This document shows, in pieces, positions 29,817-40,504 of a stretch of 64,000 nucleotides of DNA; position 1 is the stretch's first letter, and every line of letters begins with the position of its first letter. The DNA comes from an uncultured virus (IMG/VR IMGVR_UViG_3300031951_000033) (Duplodnaviria; Heunggongvirae; Uroviricota; Caudoviricetes). The position numbers and the translations under genes were made by a program. Below the pieces are notes generated by a model. That model was given only the letters and a program-made list of their open reading frames with translations. It did not search any database and was not told the DNA's origin. The stretch is taken from IMG/VR virus record IMGVR_UViG_3300031951_000033; one strand, written 5' to 3'.

Positions 29817-30134
29817 ATGTTAAAAAATGATCTTCCAGAGTTTAACTTTAAAGCTCAACCCCATGAGATGCTGGGGATAGACAAGACCGCTGATCATCGC
29901 ACCATAATGAACGCCTACTGGTCTAAGATGAGCATGTACGACCCGAATTTACATGCAGATAAGCCTAAAGAGCATGTAGATCACTGTAAAAAGATATCGA
30001 CCTATATAAACGGCGCAAAGAACAGCATGCTTAGAAACTTAAGAAAAAGCGATGGCGATGCAAGCGACTCTCTTGTCGAGGTTCTGGCTTGGGCAACCGA
30101 TGAGCTTTATAAACTAAAAAACTATAAGAAATAA
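29817..30134 (+). CDS. degenerate J-domain protein
   Basis: PHEMLGI...AY...YDPN (HPD altered)...INGAK; paralog of the next gene's C-terminus. Confidence 0.65.
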   Translation: MLKNDLPEFNFKAQPHEMLGIDKTADHRTIMNAYWSKMSMYDPNLHADKPKEHVDHCKKISTYINGAKNSMLRNLRKSDGDASDSLVEVLAWATDELYKLKNYKK

Positions 30135-30147
30135 GTGCGAGCAGATT

Positions 30148-31092
30148 ATGGCTAATGTTTACAACACTAACTGGGTAAGACAAGACGAAGAGCTCAAAAA
30201 GAGCTACGAAGACTCCATTAACATTCATCAGCAAACACATGCCGAAATCAAGAACAACGAGAACGCTAGAATTAAAGAGCACGCCGAAGCCTTAAAAGAT
30301 GCTAGTAAGCGCATGGCAGAAAGAATATCTGAGGCGCACCGTTGGCACGCCAAAACTCACGCGGATATAGATCGGCAGCACGCTAACAGCAAAAGAGAGT
30401 TCGAAGAAGGCATGAAGCGTTCGACCAACGACCATCAGAGACGATACCATCAAGATAGATACAATATGTTCCAAGATGCCTTCGCTGAAAGGCGCAAGGA
30501 AGCAGACGGTAACCTCAAGTCAGCAAAAGAGCTTCATGCAGAAGACTTCGGCAGAATAAAGGCTCATCATGACGAAAAGTTGAAAATGTTCGGAGATTAT
30601 TACAAAAACAAGCGCGCGGAGGCAGATGAGCGCCTTAAGTGGGCGAAAGGCTATTACGGCGATAAAAGCAGCTCTTCGCAGCAGAAGCAACAACAGCAGC
30701 AGCAGAGATCTTATCAAGATACCGGCAACAGGCAACAATACCAATCTCAGCAGCAAACTCCTCCGCCAAGACAGCAACCGGTTAAACCTAAAGAAAACAT
30801 GCCAGAGGGTTTTAACTTTAATTTTAACGCAGCTCCACACGAGATGCTGGGGATTAAACCAGGCGCTACAAGATCAGAAGTGATGTCTGGTTACAAGAAT
30901 GCCATGAGGCGCTATCACCCAGACGTTAATCCTGCAGAGCACAGCGCTCTATATACTAGAGCGGCGCAAGCTATCAACGGAGCAAAAGATCGAGCTTTGA
31001 GAGGATTAGCGAAAGCACTTATAGATGCTTTAGTAGAAGCGCTCAACAAGTCTAGAGCAAAGAAAACCAATAACGATCAGTGGTCTATATAA
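30148..31092 (+). CDS. coiled-coil protein with C-terminal J domain
   Basis: PHEMLGI.PGAT..EV...YK..MRRYHPDVN...INGAK; Q-rich linker; LKKS/LAKA/LNKS; ends NNDQWSI. Confidence 0.85.
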   Translation: MANVYNTNWVRQDEELKKSYEDSINIHQQTHAEIKNNENARIKEHAEALKDASKRMAERISEAHRWHAKTHADIDRQHANSKREFEEGMKRSTNDHQRRYHQDRYNMFQDAFAERRKEADGNLKSAKELHAEDFGRIKAHHDEKLKMFGDYYKNKRAEADERLKWAKGYYGDKSSSSQQKQQQQQQRSYQDTGNRQQYQSQQQTPPPRQQPVKPKENMPEGFNFNFNAAPHEMLGIKPGATRSEVMSGYKNAMRRYHPDVNPAEHSALYTRAAQAINGAKDRALRGLAKALIDALVEALNKSRAKKTNNDQWSI

Positions 31093-31150
31093 TAGAACTG
31101 GGGACAGTAACAACGTTACCATCCCCAGTCCGCTCTGATGAAGCAACTTG

Positions 31151-31648
31151 TTATGCGTTAGCGTATTTGTGACGCAGACTCTCTGGAAGAGCGTTGAAAT
31201 CCACTTGAGGTTTCTTTTCAGGAGCAATTTCTGCCATCCTGGTGTTGATAGCTTTTTGTACCTCTTCGATATCTTCGGCAGAAGTTAGAGCGCCAGACGC
31301 CATGAGCTGTCGCAACGCCTTGATCTGAGGATCGGTAGATCCACGGCGACTACCGTTGCTCTGGGCGGGTGTATATTTAACACCACCGTTGAGGCGAGTG
31401 TCTTTGCGCAACCAGTTAGAGATCAAACCGGATACGTAAGTGCGGAGCTTAGAGTCATCGCCGAACTTGGTATTGAGCTCGATCGAACCAGAATTGAAAC
31501 CTTCAACAAGGATGTTTGCCACTTGTTGACGAGCATTTGAGCTCAAGCTCTCTGCTACGGGGGAGTTATCGCTGATCGACTGACCAGACTCGGTTAACAC
31601 GGACTGAATGGCGCTATAAACCGCCTCTTTTTGCTTTTGCTTACTCAT
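31151..31648 (-). CDS. 'LRKDxRLNGG' paralog family protein
   Basis: YVSGLISNWLRKDTRLNGGVKY, DPQIKALRQL, VDFNALPESLRHKY. Confidence 0.85.
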   Translation of the reverse strand: MSKQKQKEAVYSAIQSVLTESGQSISDNSPVAESLSSNARQQVANILVEGFNSGSIELNTKFGDDSKLRTYVSGLISNWLRKDTRLNGGVKYTPAQSNGSRRGSTDPQIKALRQLMASGALTSAEDIEEVQKAINTRMAEIAPEKKPQVDFNALPESLRHKYANA

Positions 31649-32621
31649 AAAATTCCTTTCAGGAATGAGTTAGAACGCAGGTACTTCGCACTTTGCGGCC
31701 ACGGTCTGCGTTCTCACCGTGACTGACGAACAAAATCTCCGTCTTACGTATATGATTATACGATCGGTTTCGGATGTTCAGGTTACGCAGCGTATTTGTC
31801 GTCTTTGACGTAGAGATTCCAGTTCTTGTAGTCTCTAGCTTTTACGCCGATCACTTCTGAGCTAATCTCGTGAAGCATGCCCATACTTGTAGGCAGCATC
31901 CACTTTACGTACATGGTTGTGCCTTCCTCGTTTACGTCGTGAACAGAGACCACCAGTATCATGAGATCAAGAGCATTGCTATGCTTGTACACCTTATGTT
32001 CTATAAACATGCCGTTTTCCTCCGCTGTATTCGTAATATCGGATACGGTCACTTGAAGAGATGTCTCCACCATGATTTGCGCGGTGGTTTCATGTCGTCT
32101 TTTTCGCACCTCAGTTCGATATTCTCTCTCAGAAGTTCTTCGCATGCGTCTCTGTATTTTCTAAGCGCTTTGATGAGTAGTCTTAGATGCGCGCGCCTAG
32201 ACTTGTATCTTCTTTCTTTAGCCAATTTGTTGTTGTGTATGTGCTCTTGTTTAGGTGCACTGTTTACCGCAATGTAAGTAATACCGTTTATAATCAGTTT
32301 ATCCATCACATCTCTCCAGATCCGCCGTATACAAGTCTACCGCAGGCGCAAGAAGGGTTGGTGTATTTTGTGCATCTTGCCGCGGCAACATTTGCAGTTA
32401 TGCAGTAGATCTTGTCTCTGTCTTCTTTTTTTAAGCCGAACGTGTTGAGCGGCAAATTATCTCCGTTATCGTAGCGCTTATGACCCCTGATAACGTCGCA
32501 CGCTTCGCATATACCTTTTGTCTGTGTGTATCTTGTGCCCTTTTTGCCAGTCCATTGACAAGCAGTACTGTGATTTATCTTTTTGCCGTTATGTTCTACG
32601 AGCGGTTTTGCCGCCAGTTGA

Positions 32622-32912
32622 TTAGACATCCTGCTCAGTCTCCTGCTCTTCTGTTTGCTTTTGTTTTTTCTCGTTTTTACCTACTTGAACTCCTGCTATA
32701 AAAGAGGCTGCACTTCCAACAAGTGCACTGCCTAACGATGTTAGCAGCTGAGTCGCTGAATCACTTATAGCGTGATCTTCTTTAGTGACCACCGCTAGAT
32801 AAAACGCTCTACCAAACGCGCCTAGGCATATAACCAACGGAAGTAAAGTGGCCCCAGACACTAAGATTAACAGTGACCAGTCGTGAGACGACCACTTCTG
32901 CCTTCTCTTCAC
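32622..32912 (-). CDS. two-TM membrane protein
   Basis: two hydrophobic helices. Confidence 0.55.
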   Translation of the reverse strand: MKRRQKWSSHDWSLLILVSGATLLPLVICLGAFGRAFYLAVVTKEDHAISDSATQLLTSLGSALVGSAASFIAGVQVGKNEKKQKQTEEQETEQDV

Positions 32913-32934
32913 GCTGACTGTCCCCCTCTAAATT

Positions 32935-33126
32935 TTAATTTTTGTTCTGTTGCTGCTGTAGCGACTCTTTGAACTTTACGTATGCGTTCACGGCCTCTTG
33001 CTCCGTCTTGTAGCACCCAAGGTAATGAGTCTTTGTCTTGATCGTCGTTCTAGCAACGTACCTGTATGGCTTGCCGTCTTTGTTTATCTTAAACACACAA
33101 GTCTTACTGTCTTTTCTGGAGTTCAT
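32935..33126 (-). CDS. AP2-domain protein
   Basis: Y.AR......HYLGCYKTEQEAVNAY. Confidence 0.7.
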   Translation of the reverse strand: MNSRKDSKTCVFKINKDGKPYRYVARTTIKTKTHYLGCYKTEQEAVNAYVKFKESLQQQQNKN

Positions 33127-33865
33127 TTGCTACCTTTCTTGAAGATTACGTGAGATATGTCAACTCCTTTATACTTTTTGTGTACAGGAATTTTCTTGCA
33201 GTTTGCATCATACAGAAACTGCTCCAAATTCTGGGTCAACTGTATCTGATCTTGTATTTGCTTTTCGTGATCTGTTTCCCTAAACAGAATACCAGTCACA
33301 AAGCCCATAGCAACCAACGAAAAATAAAACGGTATTTGTGCCATAAATCCTCCCTATTTCGAAGTTGTTCCTTCGTCCTTTTTAATAAGAAAAGCGCAGA
33401 ATCCCTCTGCGTCTTGCTCAAAATAAGAAACGCTAAGCCACTCTCTTTTGTTTATCTTTAAGTTAGAGAGTGAGCGCTCGCACTCTTTGCGAAGAGTACA
33501 GTCGTCATTTGAGCAAAAAGTTTGATCAAAGTTAGTCACTTTAACAGCTCTTCTTTACGCGATTCAACCCATTCTGCCCAACTGAACGGAGTCATGTCGC
33601 TGTCTACCTCTTCGTTGAAAAGGTACGCCTCTTTAGCTTTTAGCGCTTCTACGGCGGCATAGAACCCGATCTCTTTGGCATTTTTAACCATAGAGTCAAG
33701 CGTCAGCTTAGGTATCCTCAGAACACTGTCAGGATCAGTTAGAAACTTGCTCATAAGCTCGATTCTCCTTTCTTTCCCGCTGGGAATGAGGGGATTATAC
33801 TAAAAGATGCTACATCTTGAGCCAAACTTAGTAAAGCCTGACTCAAGATGTCAGCAATTTATGCA

Positions 33866-34378
33866 TCACTGCGCACTCACTGCGACCTGCGCTGCAAATT
33901 TTTCGCGCAGAGACTCTGGGAGTGCATCGAAGTTAACGGAGATGCTGGGGCGCTTCGCCTTGACGATCTCTGCTTGACGATTGGCAATGAAGGTATTGAT
34001 CTCTTCGATACCGGCAGGATCTGTGACCTGGCCAGATGCGAGAAGCGCTTTCATCGCCTTGATCTGTGGATCAGTAGAGCGGGTAGAACCGGTCTTGCTT
34101 GGGGTGTATGCTGCGCCGCCGTTAAGACGCTTGTCTTTACGGAGCCAGTTGGACACAAGACCGCTTGCGTAAGCGGAAATCTTGCTGTCGTCGAATATCT
34201 TGTTGAGCTCGATGGTGCCAGCCTTGAAGCCGTCAACAAGAGTCTTAACAACTGCTTCGCGTTGGGTTTTAGTGATCATCTCTGCTGCGTTAGAGCCTTC
34301 TGTGAAGGTTCCACCGTTTGTTTCGATGACTGTCTTTACGGCATTGAATACCGCTTCTTTTTGGTTTTGTTTAGACAT
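33866..34378 (-). CDS. 'LRKDxRLNGG' paralog family protein
   Basis: YASGLVSNWLRKDKRLNGG, DPQIKAMKAL, VNFDALPESLREKF. Confidence 0.85.
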   Translation of the reverse strand: MSKQNQKEAVFNAVKTVIETNGGTFTEGSNAAEMITKTQREAVVKTLVDGFKAGTIELNKIFDDSKISAYASGLVSNWLRKDKRLNGGAAYTPSKTGSTRSTDPQIKAMKALLASGQVTDPAGIEEINTFIANRQAEIVKAKRPSISVNFDALPESLREKFAAQVAVSAQ

Positions 34379-34450
34379 AATGCCTCCTTATAGGTTTGTC
34401 TAACTGATTGATGGGCACATATAATATCGGCTCGAGTTTCGCTCAGCCGA

Positions 34451-34765
34451 TCAGGTCGCTCTGCCCTTCGCGTTGGCCTTTGCACCTGCGGTGAATAGGC
34501 ACCTACCTGAACCTTTAGTAACGTAAGAAACTCCTAAGTTGTTGCCCAGATTGCTAGATCTGTTGCGTAGCTTTGTTGAGTTGATGATGTAAGCGGTAAG
34601 CATTGGATCGGAGTTGATCTGAATGCTGCAACCTGTCTTGTGGTCGTAGATCTGGTTGCCGGTGTACCGGACAGCGTAATCTTCGCTGCAGTCAGGGCAC
34701 TCGTTAGCCCTGCCTGGCTTACCTGGATATAAAGTGAACTCGTCTTCGCACTTAACACATACCAT
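34451..34765 (-). CDS. zinc-ribbon hypothetical protein
   Basis: CVKC...CPDC; AAGGAG SD; CCGAT motif at 34801. Confidence 0.6.
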   Translation of the reverse strand: MVCVKCEDEFTLYPGKPGRANECPDCSEDYAVRYTGNQIYDHKTGCSIQINSDPMLTAYIINSTKLRNRSSNLGNNLGVSYVTKGSGRCLFTAGAKANAKGRAT

Positions 34766-35393
34766 ACAGTTCTCCTTTCAAAAATGAAATGGCCCGCACC
34801 GATACGATCGGTACGAGCCATGGTGTGGTTGGGGGACAAAGTTTTATCAGTGGATGTTGCCGTCTGGCGTAGGATTGTATGAGATCCAGCTGTCGTCAAG
34901 CTCTTCCACTAATCTTTGAGTGTCGATAAGGTGCTTGAAGTTTTCCTCGCCTTTGTACAGCTCGTAGTTGCTCTCTGCTTCACGGTATTCGTGCTCTACG
35001 ATGCAGTCGTTGCAGATTACGCTGTTGCAATAATTGCAGCGCACTGTGTCCATGAATTCTTTGATTCTCTTACACTCGTCGCATGTTTCTGGTGGAAAGT
35101 TCATGATCATAGCGTACCTTGCCTTTCGTTGTTTATGTTACATTATAAAATCGGATCAGGTCTGCAGCACTCTGTGCATGCTTTCGTTCAGCAACCAGAG
35201 TTCATACGCTTTTTGAACAGGTTTTGCGGCAACCTCGTAATACTTAATGTCGCGGTCACTGCCGTACTGAACACATAGCACGTTGTCCAACATTATTAGT
35301 TTGTGAACGACATAGTTATGAGGACTTTGTGCCAGCATGCTGTCAAACCAGTACCTTCGATCGTTGTCCTCGAAGTGCTCTTGCCTTACGATC

Positions 35394-36049
35394 TTAGACA
35401 TCGCTTTCACCTGTAAGAGCGCGTTCAGTGATGACGTCAATCGCGTGTTTCGCTATTTTTGCTGTAGAAAGTATATCGTTTGATCTTGTGTTGTCGTCCA
35501 TGAGGCATATTTGCACAATATTTCCGCTATTATCTCGCAGTGTCCTCGCGTTGAGACGCTTTTTGATGTAAATAAAGCGCTCTTTATGTTTTTGGATATG
35601 ACGCTTGATACTAGCCATGGCTGAATACTTGTCGGCAACGGCTTCTTGATACTGAACTCTAAATTCGCTCGCGCTCATCTTGAAGTACTTGGTCTTCTTG
35701 TTTCCCGCTTCCAGGATTCTAAGCATGCGTCGATTCTCTTCCGCTCTTCTCTGAAACCGGCCGACGCATCTTTTATGTATTTCGCATATCTTGTTGTAGT
35801 CTTGTATGTCCATGTGATCTTGAAGCATACTTGCACTTCTCATCATGCTTGCTAGACGACCTGTTTCTGTTGAATAGTCGCGTTTTAGCTCTTGGATGTT
35901 GCTGTTGCGTAGAGTTTTGCGATAATCTATGACATGTTGCATAAGCGACAGCTTACGCAGGGCACGTCTGCGCTTAAGATTGAGCTGATTGCGCTCGTTG
36001 CAAAGCAACACTAACTCGTCAAAAAGTTGTTGATCTTCCATAAGTGGCA
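35394..36049 (-). CDS. basic helical hypothetical protein
   Basis: long ORF directly after the CCGAT motif at 36050-36062; start uncertain. Confidence 0.6.
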
Positions 36050-36246
36050 TATAATATCGGATACGGTTAACGGCCCTTGTGGCCAACAAACAGAAGGGCT
36101 TGCAAAAACATCAATAATTTCAGATGCCTAAGCGTCATGGGAGGAGCTTGATTTGATAGGATCTTGCCCAGATCTGCGCTCATGCGTATATTCTATCAGC
36201 GTTTGCAGCGTAGCGGTGTCAGCCGCCGCGAAGCAGCTGACACTCG

Positions 36247-36432
36247 TTAGTTAGAGCTATCTTTGTACGGACAGTGACGGCAGTTTTGCCGGCAGCAGAA
36301 CCCGCGCCGAACAAGGTACAGCGAAGTCATAACTGTATATCTTGTCTTGGGGTCTTCGTAGAAATCTAGCCCTAATTCACACGCTTTTTTGTGGGCCTCT
36401 TTTATAGAAGCCTCTTCTTGTGTGTCATCCAT
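36247..36432 (-). CDS. DUF5522-like Cys-rich protein
   Basis: Y.DP.T.Y.V.T...L..RGFCC..NCRHCPY. Confidence 0.75.
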   Translation of the reverse strand: MDDTQEEASIKEAHKKACELGLDFYEDPKTRYTVMTSLYLVRRGFCCRQNCRHCPYKDSSN

Positions 36433-37239
36433 CTGGTTTAATTAAGACCAGATAGCCGCGAAAATCTTGTAGATAAGCATTCCGACGGTGGCCGCAAAAA
36501 ACAGGAAAATAGCTGCTCCTCCTAGGCCTAGAAACGCCTCTAATGCGGAAGAGTCGTCCTTGTTATTTTTAGGTTGCTCTGTTGTACTCATAATTCTCCT
36601 TATTGTTAAGTTATCTCTTCGCCCCTAGACTCAATGGCTCTGATGCACCGGGGGCAGACAAGGCCTAGAGCTGTTCGCTTACAGTCGTCGCGCTTGTTCA
36701 TGCACCAGGTGCAGGTTTCCAGGTCTTGCTCTTCTTGCTCTTCCACTCGCTTCTCCTTAGTTTGTTTATGACCAGATCCAACCGATCACTTTAAACACAA
36801 ACATGAACGCGGTAAGGATCAAAAAGATCATGGCAGCAAACAATAAAAGCCACCCAATTCCTTCGAAGAATCCAGTTTCGTTGTTTTGCATAAGTTTACC
36901 TTTCATTTGTTAAAAACTTGAAATGCACAGTGGACCTGTATGTACCCACTGCACATTTCAAGTGTTGGCGGAGCCTTGCATATAAGCATGCTATCTGCGA
37001 GCATTGCTCATAGCATGCTCGAGTGCTGGTATCTGCGCCATAATTTTGAAGCCATATACCGTCGACATCAAAGTAATGACGAACAGGCATGTAACCATGA
37101 TAGTTTCGAACCTTAATTTCATACAGATGCTCCGTCTAAGTTGTTACCGTTGTGCAGTAAGACGAGAACCAGCACATACAGACAAACAATGTGCTCGCTC
37201 TCGCCTCTACTACCTACTTTGAATCAGCGCCAGGAGTGA

Positions 37240-37626
37240 TTAGGCCCTGGTTTGCAAAGTAGCTTTGATCAGCGCCAGCTTCTTAGCGTCAGAGAGCTTG
37301 GCGTCGAGGATGAGATAGACCAGTGTGGTCGAATCATCTTCGCGCTGCTGAGTTGCCGTGTTGGTTGTTGTGGTAGCTGTGTGCGACTTTGTCTTGCGTG
37401 GGTTGCGTCTCACCATCTTGCCGCCGGTAGCGAGATTCGAACGCCCGATCTCTTTGGCATGCCTCGTATAGAAGCCTTGAACGTCGGTGTGCGAAAACTT
37501 ACCGCCGTTCGTTTTGGTGAAACCAGCCGCATTGATGAGCTGGGCAATCTCGTAGTTAGTTTTGTTGATGTTCTTAGCGATAACATCGCAGACTTTAGTG
37601 ACCGTATTTTTATCATACCTTTTCAT
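37240..37626 (-). CDS. putative DNA-binding protein with recombinase-domain-like motif
   Basis: EIAQLINAAGFTKTNGGKFSHTDV. Confidence 0.5.
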   Translation of the reverse strand: MKRYDKNTVTKVCDVIAKNINKTNYEIAQLINAAGFTKTNGGKFSHTDVQGFYTRHAKEIGRSNLATGGKMVRRNPRKTKSHTATTTTNTATQQREDDSTTLVYLILDAKLSDAKKLALIKATLQTRA

Positions 37627-38827
37627 GGTTACTCCTTATTTCGTTTATGCTCGACGCCGCACTATTGCGTTGCCGAACGTTGTTGATTCATATCATCGGT
37701 TACAGCAACCGGTGACACAAGATTTGTGTGCGACAGTCTTGTCCGGCATGGGACCATCGCAATGCTTCTTCGAGTCTTTCGACCAAACAGCCGGAAGCAG
37801 TTTACTTATGCTCTTGCGAGCAACTTAGCAATATGTTTTTTGGGATGAAACTGTACTAGCCAAGTTTCACCTGGCGTTGCCATGTTGATCATGACATTTT
37901 TAGGGTCAAGACCAAAAAGGCTGCCATCGCTCAGTGCAGCAAGATACCTATGAGTTCCAGGCAGGTTGTATATCTTGCACGCCGCCACCTGAAGTTCCTC
38001 GTCATTCCTCGATCTGGTCGTCATTAAAACCTCCGTATAGCCTGTCAGGGTTCATGTATTGTACTTCGTACACGTTCCACATGCCTCTGTTGCGGTCATA
38101 AAAAGCACCTCTTTCAAGCCTGAAGAACGCCTTCTCAACCGCATCTTCGCGGTCTTTTGCTTCTACTCTGATGAATCCGTCGTACTGCTCGTACGGACCC
38201 GGCTTTGATCTGAGCCAAACTTTGTAAATCGCCATGTCATGTCTCCCTGTAGTTAGCCTCGCGGCACTTCGGGCACTCGCCGAAGTTGCAAGGTGAGTTG
38301 TCGCGCCAGAACTCGTTGCCGTAATACTCGACGACATCCAGCTCTGTGAGCGTGTTGTTGATCAGCAACTTGTCGATCTCGCACACCGTGAGAATATCCA
38401 AGATGTTGTAGTTCAAAGGATATGCCTCACTCTTCGCCTTGCTGCAGCTTCTTCAGCATCTCGCAGAACTGCTCGTACACGCGGATCTTGTTGCCGGTAA
38501 GACCGAACTCGGACTTGATGATCGAGTACGCTGACGGACCTCTGCCCTTCATGCCGGCAACCTCTAATCGAAGTCTGGCCTTTAGGGCGCACAACCTGTA
38601 CATAGCAATGGCATGATCGCCTTCAATCACAATAGTGTTTCTACTCATAATGTCTCCTTCGTAGATACGTATCGAATCGGTTTGGGTCGCTTTCTATGTT
38701 AGGATTAGCTTAAAGGCAGTCTTATGGTTAGGCGGTCTCACCTTGCCCTACGTCCTCTAAGGCGGGGTTAAACATGAGGATGGTTCCCGGAGCAATCCGC
38801 GGTTCCTAATTTTCTAAGGAGAAAATT

Positions 38828-39382
38828 ATGGCTCTATCCCTTAAAGCACGTAATCGCTTCATTGCAGCGATGGCTCGTCGCGCAGAAGCAGTAGAAATAC
38901 TGGATGCAATCGAAGGACCTCAGCTTGATACCCTCGACGGGTATGTTGCAGGTACTCAAGGATCGGTTTCTGCTGTGGCGGCTACCGACTCTATCATTCA
39001 AGGCCTTCAGAAGTTGGACGGCAACAAGCCGAACTATGTTGAAGCTACCTTCTCTGCTACCTTCAGCAACAGCATCGGTGCTCTCACCGTAGTTGTTCGC
39101 AAGATGGGTAAGATGGTGATGCTCGAGATCCCAGTCGGCTCTGCTACTCTCGCTGCTGCAACCATCGCTTCTGGCGCCACTGACGTGCCAGCAGCTTATC
39201 GTCCTGCTGTAGCTACCACGATCCCTATCGTTATCACCAACAACGGTGTTCGCGCTATGGGCCAAGCAGTGATCTCTGCCGCTGGACAGATCACCATCTC
39301 TGTATTGGGTGCTAACTTCAGCATTGGGACCGGCGGATTCGACCGCTGCTCTCTCAGCTATTCTGCTTCTACTCTCGCTTAA
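38828..39382 (+). CDS. virion fibre/decoration-like protein
   Basis: VRKMGKMVMLEI...PAAYRPA...G.A.I.AAG.I beta-sandwich pattern; strong SD; own terminator. Confidence 0.6.
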   Translation: MALSLKARNRFIAAMARRAEAVEILDAIEGPQLDTLDGYVAGTQGSVSAVAATDSIIQGLQKLDGNKPNYVEATFSATFSNSIGALTVVVRKMGKMVMLEIPVGSATLAAATIASGATDVPAAYRPAVATTIPIVITNNGVRAMGQAVISAAGQITISVLGANFSIGTGGFDRCSLSYSASTLA

Positions 39383-39407
39383 TCTGATTAGCTTAGTAGG
39401 CTAAATG

Positions 39408-39443
39408 ATAAGGGCGCCTGGATGTTGTCCAGAGCGCCCTTAT
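39408..39443. terminator. bidirectional terminator
   Basis: ATAAGGGCGC...GCGCCCTTAT between convergent genes. Confidence 0.75.
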
Positions 39444-39461
39444 TGTTTCTAGGATTGATTC

Positions 39462-39821
39462 CTACGCGTTTCTGCGAGGCGTGAAGTACGAGATGCGTTC
39501 TGCACCCTCGCTCATCTCTCTGAGCGCGTGGTACATCACAGAGACATCATCAGGCTTGCCGGAGATGGTGTACATGTCCGTCTTGCCGTCAGGCCTCTTG
39601 ACACACTGTACTCGCACACTTCTGCCAGCGTCGTCCTCTTCCATCTCCACGTGCTCGTAGGGCGCTAACCGCTTGAGGTGGGCAAATATCTCGCCCGCGC
39701 TCGCCCGCTTGACCCCTGCCACCTTGTTCATGTGGCACACATCCGCGTAGTTGGTGAAGTCGATGACTTCTTTGAAAATGCTCATCTGCTTGTTATCGTT
39801 AGTGTTTTCTGTGTCGCTCAC
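39462..39821 (-). CDS. hypothetical protein
   Basis: 119-aa ORF following 39825..40277. Confidence 0.6.
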   Translation of the reverse strand: MSDTENTNDNKQMSIFKEVIDFTNYADVCHMNKVAGVKRASAGEIFAHLKRLAPYEHVEMEEDDAGRSVRVQCVKRPDGKTDMYTISGKPDDVSVMYHALREMSEGAERISYFTPRRNA

Positions 39822-39824
39822 TTA

Positions 39825-40277
39825 TTAGCCTTGCTTCTTTCTGTAGAGGTTCACTCCGTAGAACACACCGTCATGGCTGTGGTCGTTGTGGTTGATCTTC
39901 TCGTAACCCTTTCCGGCCATGTGCTCGTCCATGAGATCTTGGTGCAACTTCATGTACTTACCGAACTCCTGCGGGTTTTTCTTGAAAGCGTGGTCGGGGT
40001 GGTAGGAGTCGCCGTGATCCCAGTAGATGGCGAGATCGTTAGGCTGGGCATGAGCGCCCGCACTCTTAGGGTCGTCCATCAGGAAGTGGCTAGAGTGTCT
40101 AGGCCCATACTTCGCGTTGGTGAACTCGTTTAGCGCATCCAGGTGGTTCATCGTGTCCTGGTGAGGGTGTTCGGCGAGTTCTCGCCCCATTTTCACCTTG
40201 TCACTCTTGCTGAGCGATTCCATCTCTGCTGCCTTGTTCTTCTCTAAAATCCACTGGTCCCAGTTGTTCTCTGCCAT
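39825..40277 (-). CDS. His-rich putative internal head protein
   Basis: TGGTAAAAT promoter, SD; NNWDQWILEKN and LSKS motifs. Confidence 0.6.
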   Translation of the reverse strand: MAENNWDQWILEKNKAAEMESLSKSDKVKMGRELAEHPHQDTMNHLDALNEFTNAKYGPRHSSHFLMDDPKSAGAHAQPNDLAIYWDHGDSYHPDHAFKKNPQEFGKYMKLHQDLMDEHMAGKGYEKINHNDHSHDGVFYGVNLYRKKQG

Positions 40278-40294
40278 ATTGCTTTCTCCTCTTG

Positions 40295-40504
40295 TTACTC
40301 TTGTGATTTTACCATCTCTGTGTGCTTGCAATAGCCTCTGCAGATGCCAGAGGGACATGTGCACTTCATCTTACCCCGCTTGTCTTTCTCCACCTTGTAA
40401 ACCTCCCTAGGAACAAGCGCATCTTCCTTCCACTTGCTCACCGTCCACGCTTGCCCTATGTCTTGCCTGACCATATAGGTATACAACTCGTCTCCTCGCC
40501 TCAC
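40295..40504 (-). CDS. SWIM zinc-finger protein
   Basis: CTCP......CKH. Confidence 0.7.
   Translation of the reverse strand: MRRGDELYTYMVRQDIGQAWTVSKWKEDALVPREVYKVEKDKRGKMKCTCPSGICRGYCKHTEMVKSQE

Noticed and set aside
31151..31210. DxxALPxxLR tail as a eukaryotic ubiquitin-binding motif (UBM)
   Set aside because: Similarity is short and there is no ubiquitin-like context in the window; kept only as a generic helix-turn docking motif
38700..38820. c-di-GMP or other known riboswitch
   Set aside because: Only superficial resemblance; conserved core elements could not be matched
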